This document shows, in pieces, positions 1 through 9,158 of a stretch of DNA of 64,000 bases; positions within the stretch are counted from its first letter, which is position 1, and every line of letters starts with the position of its first letter. Position numbers and translations under genes: made by a program. The notes beneath the pieces were generated by a model, which worked only from the letters and a program-made list of their open reading frames with translations, was not told the origin of the DNA and ran no database searches. The DNA is from a virus (Duplodnaviria > Caudoviricetes), in IMG/VR virus record IMGVR_UViG_3300035491_000281; one strand, 5' to 3'.

Positions 1-192
1 ATCGGACCATACCGGGGCCCAACGGTTACCTATAGCATCCCACTGATACTGCACTACACCGCCGCCGAATTCGGGATCACCCGTGGCGTCATTCACGGTG
101 ACTTTCATCCCCGGGAAGCGTTTGGTGATCTCGTTGCGGTCGTTGACGGTGTTGACAATCCGACTACCATCGTTGGCAACCAGAATACCCAT
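1..192 (-). CDS. 5' part of a virion/fibre-associated protein running off the window edge (MGILVANDGSRIVNTVNDRNEITKRFPGMKVTVNDATGDPEFGGGVVQYQWD...)
   Basis: Not in the ORF track; translated by hand. ATG at 192 with AGGAG Shine-Dalgarno (ctcct at 201-205); frame is open to position 1. Confidence 0.75.
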   Translation of the reverse strand, partial: MGILVANDGSRIVNTVNDRNEITKRFPGMKVTVNDATGDPEFGGGVVQYQWDAIGNRWAPVWSD

Positions 193-217
193 AACTCATA
201 CTCCTGCTTAAAACGTC

Positions 218-251
218 ATAAACAGCGCGGATTAACGCCCGCGCTGTTTAT
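218..251. terminator. Intrinsic terminator-like hairpin
   Basis: Perfect 13-bp inverted repeat ATAAACAGCGCGG / CCGCGCTGTTTAT just downstream of the 264-1259 stop. Confidence 0.7.
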
Positions 252-263
252 TAGGCATGAGAC

Positions 264-1259
264 TTAGCCAGCCACGTACAGGTACTGGACCTGGACGGTG
301 TTGCCATCCCACTGGTTCGCGGAGTCAGTGGAAATGGTGAACACTTTCGGGTCAGCAGTCGCGACCAGCGGAGCGTCGTAGGCGATGCCTTCGGCGCTCA
401 TGTAACGCACGGTGCCGAAGTTCATCACGCCAGCCAGGCCGCCTTTCGGGGCGTTGGTCAGAGTGATCTGGCCGCCAACGGCAACCACCAGGCTTTCCAG
501 CGCGGGTAGCGAACCACCTTGCTTGGCAGCTTCATCCGCGTAGGTCTTGACGGCGGCAGCGGACGGGGCGTTGTCAGCCGGAGCAGCAACCGCCAGATCC
601 TGAGCCAGACCAGCCTTGAGCACGGCGTCGTCCAGGTCGATGGCCTGAGTCACGCTGAGCAGACCCACCTTGGCCTTGTCGGCGTCGGTGTAGGCATTGG
701 TGTCGTCGTTACCTTCGTACGAGGCCTTGATGGCGGCACCGTTGATGGAATTCTCCAGGCTGTCCTGATCGGAGAGCTTGGTCCAGCTGGTAGCCAGGCC
801 AGTGACTTCATCGAAGGCGGTCGGCTTGTACATGGCCCACTTGCCGTCGCCATCGTCGATCACGAAGACGCGGTCAGCGGTGTCCAGATCAGCCAGCGCG
901 TCACGCTCGGTCAGGTTCGCAACGTTGAAGTTGGAACCCATGTTGAGCTGAGCGGCGGTGATCTGATCGGCAACCTCGGTGCTGGAGAGCACGTCGAGGT
1001 TGGTACGGGCGATACCGGCATCCTGCAGGTCACCCAGGTTGGCGCTCTTCTGCAACGCAGCACCGGCGGTGTCGGAAACCGAACCGACGACTTCGTTGAT
1101 GGCAGCCACCAGGCTCGACTTGGCCTGGGTGTTCAGAGTGGCGAGGTCACCGTCGGCGGTGCCGCGGGCGGTTGCTTCGTCGGCAATCGCCTGGTTGATA
1201 GCTTCGAGGTCGCTGACGAGACCTGCGATAGAACTTTTGTGGCGCTTCAAAATAGCCAT
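264..1259 (-). CDS. Virion structural / fibre-associated protein
   Basis: 331 aa with a coiled-coil-like N-terminus, fibre-type motif NLGDLQDAGIARTNLDV, and a C-terminal beta domain ending VQVQYL that resembles the end of 1374-1862; GGAG SD. Confidence 0.65.
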   Translation of the reverse strand: MAILKRHKSSIAGLVSDLEAINQAIADEATARGTADGDLATLNTQAKSSLVAAINEVVGSVSDTAGAALQKSANLGDLQDAGIARTNLDVLSSTEVADQITAAQLNMGSNFNVANLTERDALADLDTADRVFVIDDGDGKWAMYKPTAFDEVTGLATSWTKLSDQDSLENSINGAAIKASYEGNDDTNAYTDADKAKVGLLSVTQAIDLDDAVLKAGLAQDLAVAAPADNAPSAAAVKTYADEAAKQGGSLPALESLVVAVGGQITLTNAPKGGLAGVMNFGTVRYMSAEGIAYDAPLVATADPKVFTISTDSANQWDGNTVQVQYLYVAG

Positions 1260-1373
1260 TAGCTAGTACTCCGTGAGAGCAGATGATGATGAGCTGTGGC
1301 TGTGCCGTTCCGTTCGGGTTAGGAAAGAGAAAATCACTTCCACATAAAATAGCAACTAAAAATACTAAGCTGC

Positions 1374-1862
1374 TTATACAGGTAAATCCCCCAGGTAGGA
1401 GACCACCAACCCGCTGATATTCCCTTTGATCAGCTCGTAATCTTCCGGTGGGAGACGGACGTAGTGGTTACCGTTCAGGACCACTTTCGACAGTCCCGTC
1501 ACCTCGATAAAGCTCCCGTCGGTGTAATAGACGTGAGCCAGGTCCATGAAAAACCCCCCGTAGGGTGCGGATGGCAGCAGAGCCATCCCGTAGCGGTCCA
1601 CTGGTAAGCGTGGGGTGGTTACCAACCCTACTCCCAGTTGGACAAAATCAAGTTTGGGCTCTAGGCTGGCTAACCACTCTTCTTCAGTGCCCACAAAGCC
1701 ATGGGCGACGGCGATTTCATACGCCGACTTTCCTTTGAGAAGGCCTGGTCGGATACGTCGATGCTGCCATGGTGCGCCGACGCCGGGGCGATGTATCGCC
1801 TCCAGCCAGATTTCCCCGGAAAGGATATCGATCGGCGTGAAGCTTGAAATCCTGTTGGTCAT
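1374..1862 (-). CDS. Short fibre-associated protein with one GKSAYE..GF.GT..EWL.SL repeat
   Basis: Shares its N-terminal motif and one repeat unit with the 1970-5164 fibre. Confidence 0.7.
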   Translation of the reverse strand: MTNRISSFTPIDILSGEIWLEAIHRPGVGAPWQHRRIRPGLLKGKSAYEIAVAHGFVGTEEEWLASLEPKLDFVQLGVGLVTTPRLPVDRYGMALLPSAPYGGFFMDLAHVYYTDGSFIEVTGLSKVVLNGNHYVRLPPEDYELIKGNISGLVVSYLGDLPV

Positions 1863-1927
1863 GGCTTCATACCTGAGAAAGCCGATTGATTGGAGTGTGC
1901 TATATAATCAGTGTTTTTTCATGCAGG

Positions 1928-1960
1928 CAAAAAAAGAACAGGAGGGCCGAAGCCCTCCTG
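1928..1960 (-). terminator. Rho-independent terminator of the collagen-fibre gene
   Basis: CAGGAGGGC-cgaa-GCCCTCCTG stem followed on the minus strand by TTCTTTTTTT. Confidence 0.85.
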
Positions 1961-1969
1961 CTAGACCGC

Positions 1970-4900
1970 TTACACCGACGGCAACGTCCCTTGGTCGTTG
2001 ATCCATTCACCCGAGGCTTCGTCCCAGACGATCCCCATGCTGGCGAAGACTTCGTTCAACAATTTAGGTGTGACTTCAGCGGTGGTAACCGCCGCCGTCT
2101 GCACCTGGTTTACCGTGGCTTCTGTAACCGGAACCCATTCGCCAAACTTGCGCTTGTACTCCTGGTTCGGATCATCCGCCGGGACCAGTACCTCACCTGT
2201 GGTCGGGTCGGTCTGTGCCGGTTGTGGTTCAGGTACTTCCTCGACTTCCGCCGTCAGTACCGACCAGTCGCCGTCCTTGCGAACGTACTGCTGTCCGTCA
2301 ACTGGGGCTTCCTCGACCTCAGCTGTCAACTCGATCCACTGCTTGTCCTTACGGACGTAGCTGAGACCGTCTGCCGGTGCCTCGTCAACCTTCGGGGTGA
2401 GAATCGCCCAGGCGCCGTTGATACGGACGTATTGCTCGCCGTCGACAGGAGCCTCGTAGACGTTACCACCGCCGAGGTGCCCCATGGATGCCCAGCTAAC
2501 GTCTGACACCTTTTGGTAGTACTGCTGGTCGAACTGGTCCATGTAGAAGTCACCGACGTTACCGGTGATGGCCTGTGGAGGGCCTTCCATCACGATCCAA
2601 CGGTTACCGTTGAGCGACTCAAGCCATTGTAGCTCGGTCAGGGTCGAGTCCGGGTTCTGTTCCTTGAACACCTCGTAGGCCGATAGACCGTCGATGCTGT
2701 TCAGCCATTCGGCTTCGGTACCGGTGAACCCGTTACGTACAGCGATCTGGTAGTTGCTATCACCAGTCTCGCCTTGATCACCCTTGTCCCCCTTATCGCC
2801 CTTATCACCTTTCGGACCACCAAACTGACCGAGATCCTGCCAGCTCGCCGGCTCACCGATCCAGGCCCATACGTTCCCAGCGATGACGTAGGCATCGTTG
2901 ATAGCGTTACCGTCCGCCGGCAGCTCGTCGGCGGTAGTTAGCTGTCCTTTGATGATCAGGGCAGGTGCAACCTCCCCCTGTTCCCCCTGGTCGCCTTTGT
3001 CACCTTTGAGGCTGGCTCGCCATTCGGCTTCGGTCCCGACAAAGCCCGCATCCACCGCCAAGGCGTACGCCGATTTCCCTTCCAGCGACGCGATCCATTC
3101 AGCTTCGGTACCGACGTAACCAAGCGCGACAGCCGTCTGGTATGCCGAAGCACCAGTTTCCCCACGGATAGCTCCGAGGTTTTTCCAGGTCCCCGCGACG
3201 TAACCGTAAAGATCACCGTTGATCAGGTAACCCTCGCCACTGACACCAACCTCTGGCAGCAAATCGACGCTGTCGAGGGTATCGATGATCGCCAGTTGCG
3301 CGCCAGGCAGGCCTTGATCACCCTGATCACCCTTGTCGCCTTTGAGGCTCAGCAACCAGTCGGCTTCCGTGCCGTTAAAGCCATTGTCACGAGCAACCTC
3401 GTAGGCAGACTTACCCTCCAGGCTGAGGAGCCAGTCCACCTCAGTACCCACAAAGCCTTGGTTGAGTGCGACATCGTAGGCCGAAGGACCTGCGATTTCT
3501 CCGCCGTCGACCCAGGTTCCGGCTTGGTAAACGTAGAGGTGGCGACCGACCAGATAGACTTCGTCTTCGACTGCTTCGGCGGGAAGTTCCTCAACCGTCG
3601 CTACCGCGCCGTTGATGACCAGACTACGCCCCATAGGACCTTCCGGACCCTGTGGACCTTCGTCACCTTTGTCGCCCTTGAGCGACGCCAGCCAATCCGC
3701 TTCCGTCCCGACGTAGCCGGCAACCAACGCCAGCTCGTAGGCTGACAGACCTTGCTCGCCTTTGAGCGAGGCCAGCCATTCTTCGGCAGTGCCGACAAAA
3801 CCACCAGCGACGGCGATCTCGTAAGCCGACGCCCCGGTAGCCCCAGTCAGGCTAGCTACCCAGTCCGCGTAGGTGCCGTTGAAACCATCGATGACGGCCA
3901 GCTCGTAAGCCGATTTACCGGCCGGACCTTCTTCGCCTTGAATACCCTGGATACCTTGCGGCCCCATGATTTCGCCGGCGTCGAACCAGCGGGTACCGGT
4001 CCAAACCCAAAGATGACGTACAATGAAGTAACCGTCACCCGGCTGAGCGTCGATTGGCAGTTCGGCTTCCGTGCTGACTTCACCCAACACCTTGATAGCG
4101 TTGGCCGGGTCACCCTGAATGCCCTGCTCGCCTTTCTCACCGCGTGGGCCGACCAGAGTTACAAGCCACTCGGCCAGCGTGCCGGTGTAACCGCCTGCCA
4201 CTGCCACCTCGTAGGCCGACTTGCCAGTCTCCCCTTTCAGGGAAGCCAGCCATTCTTCGCGCGTGCCGCTGTAACCGGAGGCCACCGCCACGGTGTAAGC
4301 ATCGCCGCCCTTGAGGCTGTTGAGCCATTCGCGCAGAGTACCAACGAAACCGGTGTCCAGCGCGTGCTGGTAGGCCGACTTGCCGGTGGGACCCACTTGA
4401 CCGACCGGTACCCACTTCTTCCCTTCCCAGACCCACATCTCGTACTTGATAATGTACGCGTCACCCGGGTAGTTGTTGTACTGGGGTAGCCAGACGGTAG
4501 AGCTGAACGAACCCAGAATCTTCAGACCGGCGCCAGTCTGTCCTTTGAGGGACTCTAGCCACTCGGTGACCGTTCCCTGAAATCCGTCAAGCACTGCCAA
4601 GTCGTAGGGCGACAAACCCTGATCGCCCTGGTCACCCTTCAGTGTCGCCAGCCACTCGATCTCAGTGCCGACGAAGCCTTGTTCGACCGCAACCTGGTAG
4701 GCAGACAGACCCTGGGGGCCGGCGTCACCTTGAACACCCTGGTCACCGGTATCGCCCTTGTCGCCTTTAAGGGAGGCAATCCATTCGTCCAGAGTACCCA
4801 CGAAGCCGAGGTCTTGCGCCAGCTGGAACGCCGACTTACCCTTGAGGCTTTCCAGCCATTCCGGGGTCGAACCCGCATAGCCGGCTTGGACGGCGATTTC

Positions 4901-5164
4901 ATAGGCGGACAGGCCGTTGGGGCCAACCAGACTCAGTAGCCATTCCTCGACGGTCCCGGTGTAGCCTTCCAGCTGCGCCAGGTCGTAGGCGCTCAGACCA
5001 ATCTGACCGCGCTCGCCTTCATCACCCTTGTCCCCTTTGAGGTCAAGCACCCGAAACTTCATGTTGCGGTACGACTCGGTACCGGCCACGCGCTGGATCA
5101 CCTCGATCCAGTCGTCCCCGGTGAGCAGTCCCGCCTGTTGGAACTCAGAAATCCTACCTGCCAT
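1970..5164 (-). CDS. Collagen-like repeat fibre protein with tandem C-terminal foldon-like repeats
   Basis: Gly-X-Y tracts (GDKGDKGDKGDQG, GPQGIQGIQG), about 17 GxSAYxxAxxxG(F/Y)xGTxxEWLxSL repeats, about 6 beta-domain repeats and EAPxDGxxYVRKxGxW repeats. Start placed at MAGRIS (ATG 5164, GAGG SD) rather than 5188. Confidence 0.85.
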   Translation of the reverse strand: MAGRISEFQQAGLLTGDDWIEVIQRVAGTESYRNMKFRVLDLKGDKGDEGERGQIGLSAYDLAQLEGYTGTVEEWLLSLVGPNGLSAYEIAVQAGYAGSTPEWLESLKGKSAFQLAQDLGFVGTLDEWIASLKGDKGDTGDQGVQGDAGPQGLSAYQVAVEQGFVGTEIEWLATLKGDQGDQGLSPYDLAVLDGFQGTVTEWLESLKGQTGAGLKILGSFSSTVWLPQYNNYPGDAYIIKYEMWVWEGKKWVPVGQVGPTGKSAYQHALDTGFVGTLREWLNSLKGGDAYTVAVASGYSGTREEWLASLKGETGKSAYEVAVAGGYTGTLAEWLVTLVGPRGEKGEQGIQGDPANAIKVLGEVSTEAELPIDAQPGDGYFIVRHLWVWTGTRWFDAGEIMGPQGIQGIQGEEGPAGKSAYELAVIDGFNGTYADWVASLTGATGASAYEIAVAGGFVGTAEEWLASLKGEQGLSAYELALVAGYVGTEADWLASLKGDKGDEGPQGPEGPMGRSLVINGAVATVEELPAEAVEDEVYLVGRHLYVYQAGTWVDGGEIAGPSAYDVALNQGFVGTEVDWLLSLEGKSAYEVARDNGFNGTEADWLLSLKGDKGDQGDQGLPGAQLAIIDTLDSVDLLPEVGVSGEGYLINGDLYGYVAGTWKNLGAIRGETGASAYQTAVALGYVGTEAEWIASLEGKSAYALAVDAGFVGTEAEWRASLKGDKGDQGEQGEVAPALIIKGQLTTADELPADGNAINDAYVIAGNVWAWIGEPASWQDLGQFGGPKGDKGDKGDKGDQGETGDSNYQIAVRNGFTGTEAEWLNSIDGLSAYEVFKEQNPDSTLTELQWLESLNGNRWIVMEGPPQAITGNVGDFYMDQFDQQYYQKVSDVSWASMGHLGGGNVYEAPVDGEQYVRINGAWAILTPKVDEAPADGLSYVRKDKQWIELTAEVEEAPVDGQQYVRKDGDWSVLTAEVEEVPEPQPAQTDPTTGEVLVPADDPNQEYKRKFGEWVPVTEATVNQVQTAAVTTAEVTPKLLNEVFASMGIVWDEASGEWINDQGTLPSV

Positions 5165-5246
5165 GATGGCATCCTCTTCAATCTGCATATAAACAAAGTT
5201 CCGACCACCGACCGGTATGGTGGGTGAACGGATCTTCTATTACGGG

Positions 5247-6113
5247 TTAGGCCACCGCGCGCAGGGCCTTGAGTTTCTTCAGATGGCTGCTGTGGGCGGT
5301 ACTCAGGCGGACGTCGTAAGGCGGGTTGTGTTTGTAATAACCCGGCCCGTTGTAGCGCTTTGCAAAGCCGGTCCAATCCAGTTCCTTCAACGCCCTCTGC
5401 AGGACGGGGTCTTGCTGAATGAAGCGCACAAAGGCTTCCAGCTGATCCCGCTCACTGCGTTGCATGCGGGTGACAAAGTCATCGATGCTCGCATACCCCA
5501 ACACCTTCCAGTGGTAACCCATGATCTGGTATCCGCCCCAACTGCACGACTCCAGCGCAGCTTCCCGATGAATGGCCTGAGCTTTCTGCAGGCGGTCGTA
5601 CTCGGCCTGACCCCCGCGGTACCCACCCGTTTTGGCATTCACCAACTCGGGGTGGTGGATTTCGTACAGACCCGGGTTCACCCCGTGTGCCCGCAGACGC
5701 TTGCGCATCACGTGGCGTTCGTACAGAATGGCTGCCGAACCGCTGCTGAAAAAACCGCTCCCTCGGGATTCTACCTCGTTCACCGCCATGACGGCCGCCA
5801 CCGAGACCTTCAGGGTTTTGGCCGCCCATTCCAGATCGGCTTGGGTCAGCAGGCGCCGATCGAAAGTCGGGTTGCGTAGGTGCGCCAACGTCTTCGGTCC
5901 GGCGATGCCATCGACCACCAGTCCCGCTTTCTTCTGAAACAGACGTACCGCCGTCTCCGTGCCGTCGCCGAACTTACCGTCGCGACCCGTAGTGAAACCG
6001 GCTTTGGTCAGAAGTTCTTGCAACTCCAGCACCGCTGGGCCGCACTCACCGTTACGTAACACCCCATCCTGGTCGGGTACGAAGTTACCGTCCCGAAAGA
6101 GTACTGCTGTCAT
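5247..6113 (-). CDS. Modular endolysin: N-terminal PG-binding domain plus N-acetylmuramidase (DUF3380-like)
   Basis: DGKFGDGTETAVRLFQKKAGLVVDGIAGPKT (PG_binding_1); AVNEVESRG, ILYERH, SCSWGGYQIMGYHW, FAKRYNGPGY (muramidase family motifs). Confidence 0.9.
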   Translation of the reverse strand: MTAVLFRDGNFVPDQDGVLRNGECGPAVLELQELLTKAGFTTGRDGKFGDGTETAVRLFQKKAGLVVDGIAGPKTLAHLRNPTFDRRLLTQADLEWAAKTLKVSVAAVMAVNEVESRGSGFFSSGSAAILYERHVMRKRLRAHGVNPGLYEIHHPELVNAKTGGYRGGQAEYDRLQKAQAIHREAALESCSWGGYQIMGYHWKVLGYASIDDFVTRMQRSERDQLEAFVRFIQQDPVLQRALKELDWTGFAKRYNGPGYYKHNPPYDVRLSTAHSSHLKKLKALRAVA

Positions 6114-6132
6114 GACTACACCTCAGTGAGCG

Positions 6133-6510
6133 TTAGAAAAAGGTTTTGATCTGGGCTACCGTTTCCTTATACGCCCCATACACTCCAACGGCGGCCGACA
6201 TGGCTTTGCGCCGCCAGGTGGGTACATCACACTCGGCCAGGGCACGACGGAAGAACTTATTGGCAACCCGCCACGGTTGTCCGGACTCCAGTAGATGGTC
6301 ATGCACGGCCGCGGCCGGGAAATAACGATCCACTGGAGGGAAGAGCCACCACAACCAGCGTGGAACCGTAGCGCCATCCGTGATAAAGCCGGCCGGGACG
6401 GTGTGTCCGGCAATTACGATATCTTCACGCAGCTGGTAACGTACCAGCTGATGCCATTTATCAGGTAGAAGCATGTCCACCGGATACACCATTGGAATTA
6501 TTTTGGCCAT
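6133..6510 (-). CDS. DUF1353-family protein
   Basis: VPAGFITDGATVPRWLWWLFPP...AAAVHDHLL signature. Confidence 0.85.
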   Translation of the reverse strand: MAKIIPMVYPVDMLLPDKWHQLVRYQLREDIVIAGHTVPAGFITDGATVPRWLWWLFPPVDRYFPAAAVHDHLLESGQPWRVANKFFRRALAECDVPTWRRKAMSAAVGVYGAYKETVAQIKTFF

Positions 6511-6534
6511 GGTGCGGTACCACTTAAATGGAAA

Positions 6535-6561
6535 GACCCGGGGGCATTAACCCCCGGGATC
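6535..6561 (-). terminator. Terminator-like hairpin
   Basis: CCCGGGGG-cattaa-CCCCCGGG between the 6567 stop and the 6510 start, with a short T tract on the minus strand. Confidence 0.55.
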
Positions 6562-6566
6562 AGTCG

Positions 6567-7292
6567 TTACACGCTCGGGGCGGTTTGTAGCTCCAGGCGC
6601 GCCTGATCGAATTCGACGCGCACGTCAAACTCCGTCAGTGCAGCCTCGTCCAGCATCGCCGTGAGGGCCTCATCAACGCGCCGCTCGGCGGTGAAGCATT
6701 CCTGCACATGCTTACTACAGGCCTGGGCTAGCGGCGTTAGTTCGGTCAGCGTGACCTGTACCCAACCGGTCGCCGACTTCCAATCCACCGCCGTGACGAA
6801 CCCTTTGTCCAGGGTGGTGTACGCGGCGTTGAGCTGCCCTTGCGATTCCCGGTCAGTCAGCACGTGCACGCCTTGTTCGGTGGTCACGCCACTGGTTTCG
6901 ATCTTGTAGCGGTAGCCGGCCAGTTCTTGACGCTTGACTTGACGCACCCGCTCCAGACGGGCCTCCTGCACGGCCGTGGTGTTGACCAGATCAGCCAGGT
7001 ACGGGCAGGTACTCTCCACCTCGACCGAGCCGAACTCGACGTAATCGGCCACTTCACCCAACCACTGGGCAGGGATCAGCTGGGCGTTGACTTCGTCCAA
7101 GCGGGCCTGTTGGGCAGGACTCAGGCTGTTGGCCTCGAACTTCAGGCCCGTGTGGTGCCACCAGCGGTTGACGAACTCACGCCAGTACTGCTCGTTGTGG
7201 TCGTATTTGACACGCTGGGTTTCACGGTCATAGAAGGTCACACGCAACCGGAAGGGTTCGTACAGACCCGTTTTCTCGTTGAAGTAGATCAT
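6567..7292 (-). CDS. Fibre-assembly-associated protein with C-terminal DUF4376-like domain
   Basis: RYKIETSGV...TDRESQGQL...VDWKSATGWV...HVQECFTAE pattern typical of DUF4376. Confidence 0.75.
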   Translation of the reverse strand: MIYFNEKTGLYEPFRLRVTFYDRETQRVKYDHNEQYWREFVNRWWHHTGLKFEANSLSPAQQARLDEVNAQLIPAQWLGEVADYVEFGSVEVESTCPYLADLVNTTAVQEARLERVRQVKRQELAGYRYKIETSGVTTEQGVHVLTDRESQGQLNAAYTTLDKGFVTAVDWKSATGWVQVTLTELTPLAQACSKHVQECFTAERRVDEALTAMLDEAALTEFDVRVEFDQARLELQTAPSV

Positions 7293-7315
7293 TGCTGTTT
7301 TCCTGTGCTAGGGGC

Positions 7316-7849
7316 TTAGGTCGATTCCATCAGACGGTAACTACCATCTTCCAACAAACGAGGATCGCCATTCTCCATCAGACGGGCATCGTCTGGAATA
7401 CTCAAGGACGTGATATTCACGTCTGCTTCACCATACCAGACGAGACTGTCCGGTCGGGCTTTTAGGCGGTATGTAAACGACATACCCACCGGCGCCAGCT
7501 GCACGATGGCCATGGAAGTATCTTCCGGGCCGATGTACATACCACGAACACGGTTGATTTCCTCGACGATCGCTTTGGGGGTAACCGCCCCACTTAAACT
7601 GATCTCGACGGGTTCTTTCAGTGCAATCCCAAAGTCCAACCGACGATACACGAACGGTTTCTTACAATTGATGTCGGTGTTCTCGACCTCAATGAAGGTG
7701 CGTCCGGGTGAGGTTGGCGTTGGGGCCAAAAAGGGTTTTTCGAACCGAGCGGTCGCTTCGGTCAAACCGAAGCGGGGTCGGATCTCTTGGATGAGCCGTA
7801 CAAGGGCCTGCCGGGATGGCAAGTCGTACGGGAAACGGTCAGTTGCCAT
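7316..7849 (-). CDS. Probable virion structural protein
   Basis: YRRLDF motif of phiKZ-like structural proteins; C-terminal RLMENGDPRLLEDGSYRLME repeat; candidate late promoter upstream. Confidence 0.6.
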   Translation of the reverse strand: MATDRFPYDLPSRQALVRLIQEIRPRFGLTEATARFEKPFLAPTPTSPGRTFIEVENTDINCKKPFVYRRLDFGIALKEPVEISLSGAVTPKAIVEEINRVRGMYIGPEDTSMAIVQLAPVGMSFTYRLKARPDSLVWYGEADVNITSLSIPDDARLMENGDPRLLEDGSYRLMEST

Positions 7850-7932
7850 TACCTGCCCTCAACTGTATTTTAAGGACTTACTTATTCCCATAGCATTGTA
7901 ATTTTTTACCGGGCGCCTCTAGGCTCCGACGG

Positions 7933-7965
7933 CATAAGCCCTCCCCGTTTGGGGAGGGCGTTATG
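7933..7965. terminator. CATAA-GCCCTCCCC/GGGGAGGGC-TTATG palindromic element (family member)
   Basis: Inverted repeat immediately after the 7968 stop; near-identical copies at 22240, 34361 and 40697. Confidence 0.75.
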
Positions 7966-7967
7966 AC

Positions 7968-8360
7968 TTACAAGATCTGTTTCAGTAGTTCGAAACTACC
8001 GGTGACGATCTGCGACAGGATTTGCATTCCACCGCTGCTGACTGCTGAATCCGCGTTGAGGATCTCGGTGATGGCGACGGTCACGGCAATGAAACCGATG
8101 AAGCCCGAGAAGATCAACACCGAGGTGCGGTACGAGTCGCTGTTGCGCACACCACCAACCTGCTTCTCCAGAATCCGCTCCTGTAACGCGGTATCCGGCA
8201 GCTGATAAATCAACGACAGCAGTTCCTGCCCGTCCATTTCCAGATTGACTGGTTTTTCACCCGGCAGGTACGCGTTCAACACCGCATGCAGGATGCGTGA
8301 GTACGGACTTTTGCGCAGAGGTTGGTCCCCCAGGTCAATCAGAACCTCTTCGACTTTCAT
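7968..8360 (-). CDS. Small membrane protein, holin/antiholin candidate
   Basis: Start MKVEEV at 8360 overlaps the o-spanin stop; hydrophobic segment VLIFSGFIGFIAVTVAITEIL plus an amphipathic C-terminus. Confidence 0.5.
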   Translation of the reverse strand: MKVEEVLIDLGDQPLRKSPYSRILHAVLNAYLPGEKPVNLEMDGQELLSLIYQLPDTALQERILEKQVGGVRNSDSYRTSVLIFSGFIGFIAVTVAITEILNADSAVSSGGMQILSQIVTGSFELLKQIL

Positions 8361-8673
8361 GATACTTCTTCTCCAGTTCGGCCTGACGATTGACCAACGT
8401 CTGCAACGACCGGAGTTGTCGGTTACAGTTTCCCAATTCGTCGAGTAAGTGGTTGGCGTAATCATTTAACGCAAGGGTGCGGGCTTCCCAAAGGTCGACT
8501 ACCCCGGGATAACGCGGGCGCGGGTCCGTCAACTCCTCAACGGTCAGCGGAACTGGAATGTAACACTCACGGTCCAGTGCGGCTTCCACATCGCCCCACT
8601 TGGGCGGGGGCGGTAGCGGCGCAGTAGGAGTCGCGCAAGCTACCAGCAATGAGCTGCAGACGAGCAAGGTCAT
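8335..8673 (-). CDS. o-spanin (Rz1-like outer-membrane lipoprotein)
   Basis: MTLLVCSSLLVAC lipobox, Pro-rich linker ATPTAPLPPPPKW, additional Cys residues and a coiled C-terminus; starts inside the i-spanin gene in another frame. Confidence 0.75.
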   Translation of the reverse strand: MTLLVCSSLLVACATPTAPLPPPPKWGDVEAALDRECYIPVPLTVEELTDPRPRYPGVVDLWEARTLALNDYANHLLDELGNCNRQLRSLQTLVNRQAELEKKYHESRRGSD

Positions 8674-9136
8674 TCCCTTCCCCAGGTTTGACCACCGTTG
8701 CCACAGGCTCCTGGCGAGGCTTAGGCTGCGGTTTGGCAACAACCGTAGAGGTTGGGACAGGTACCGGTTCAACCACGTCAGGCATAGGCTCAGGAGCCGG
8801 CTCAGGGGTGGGCGTTGTAGTGTTCTGTTGGGTTTGAACCAGCTTGAGATATTCATGCGTAAATTCCTGCCGGCGTCGGCTTTGTTGACGAAGTTGAGCA
8901 AGCTGCTCGTCAATAAACTCGCCGACGGTTCGATTAGTGATCGCCTGACTCGCCTCTCGGTATACCAACACCCCGGTGGTGGTTTGCAGGTTGACTTCGC
9001 TGCGGGTCAGCTGCTCTTGAGTCCGATCCAGTCGTTTGTATTGCAGGTAGGCAAACACGGTCAACAGAATGAACACACCGATAAAGATGCCCTCATACCA
9101 TTTCAAACCGAACCCACGTAGTAGGGTTGTAAACAT
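8567..9136 (-). CDS. i-spanin (Rz-like inner-membrane protein)
   Basis: Single N-terminal TM (IFIGVFILLTVFAYL), coiled coil, Pro-rich linker and two C-terminal Cys; start MFTTLL at 9136 with GGAG SD. Confidence 0.75.
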   Translation of the reverse strand: MFTTLLRGFGLKWYEGIFIGVFILLTVFAYLQYKRLDRTQEQLTRSEVNLQTTTGVLVYREASQAITNRTVGEFIDEQLAQLRQQSRRRQEFTHEYLKLVQTQQNTTTPTPEPAPEPMPDVVEPVPVPTSTVVAKPQPKPRQEPVATVVKPGEGNDLARLQLIAGSLRDSYCAATAPAQVGRCGSRTGP

Positions 9137-9158
9137 TCTCCATTGCTCCTTGGGCGGG

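Noticed and set aside
1970-5164. CRISPR array or DNA-level tandem repeat
   Set aside because: Repeats are degenerate at synonymous positions and in frame, so they are protein repeats; no cas genes are present.
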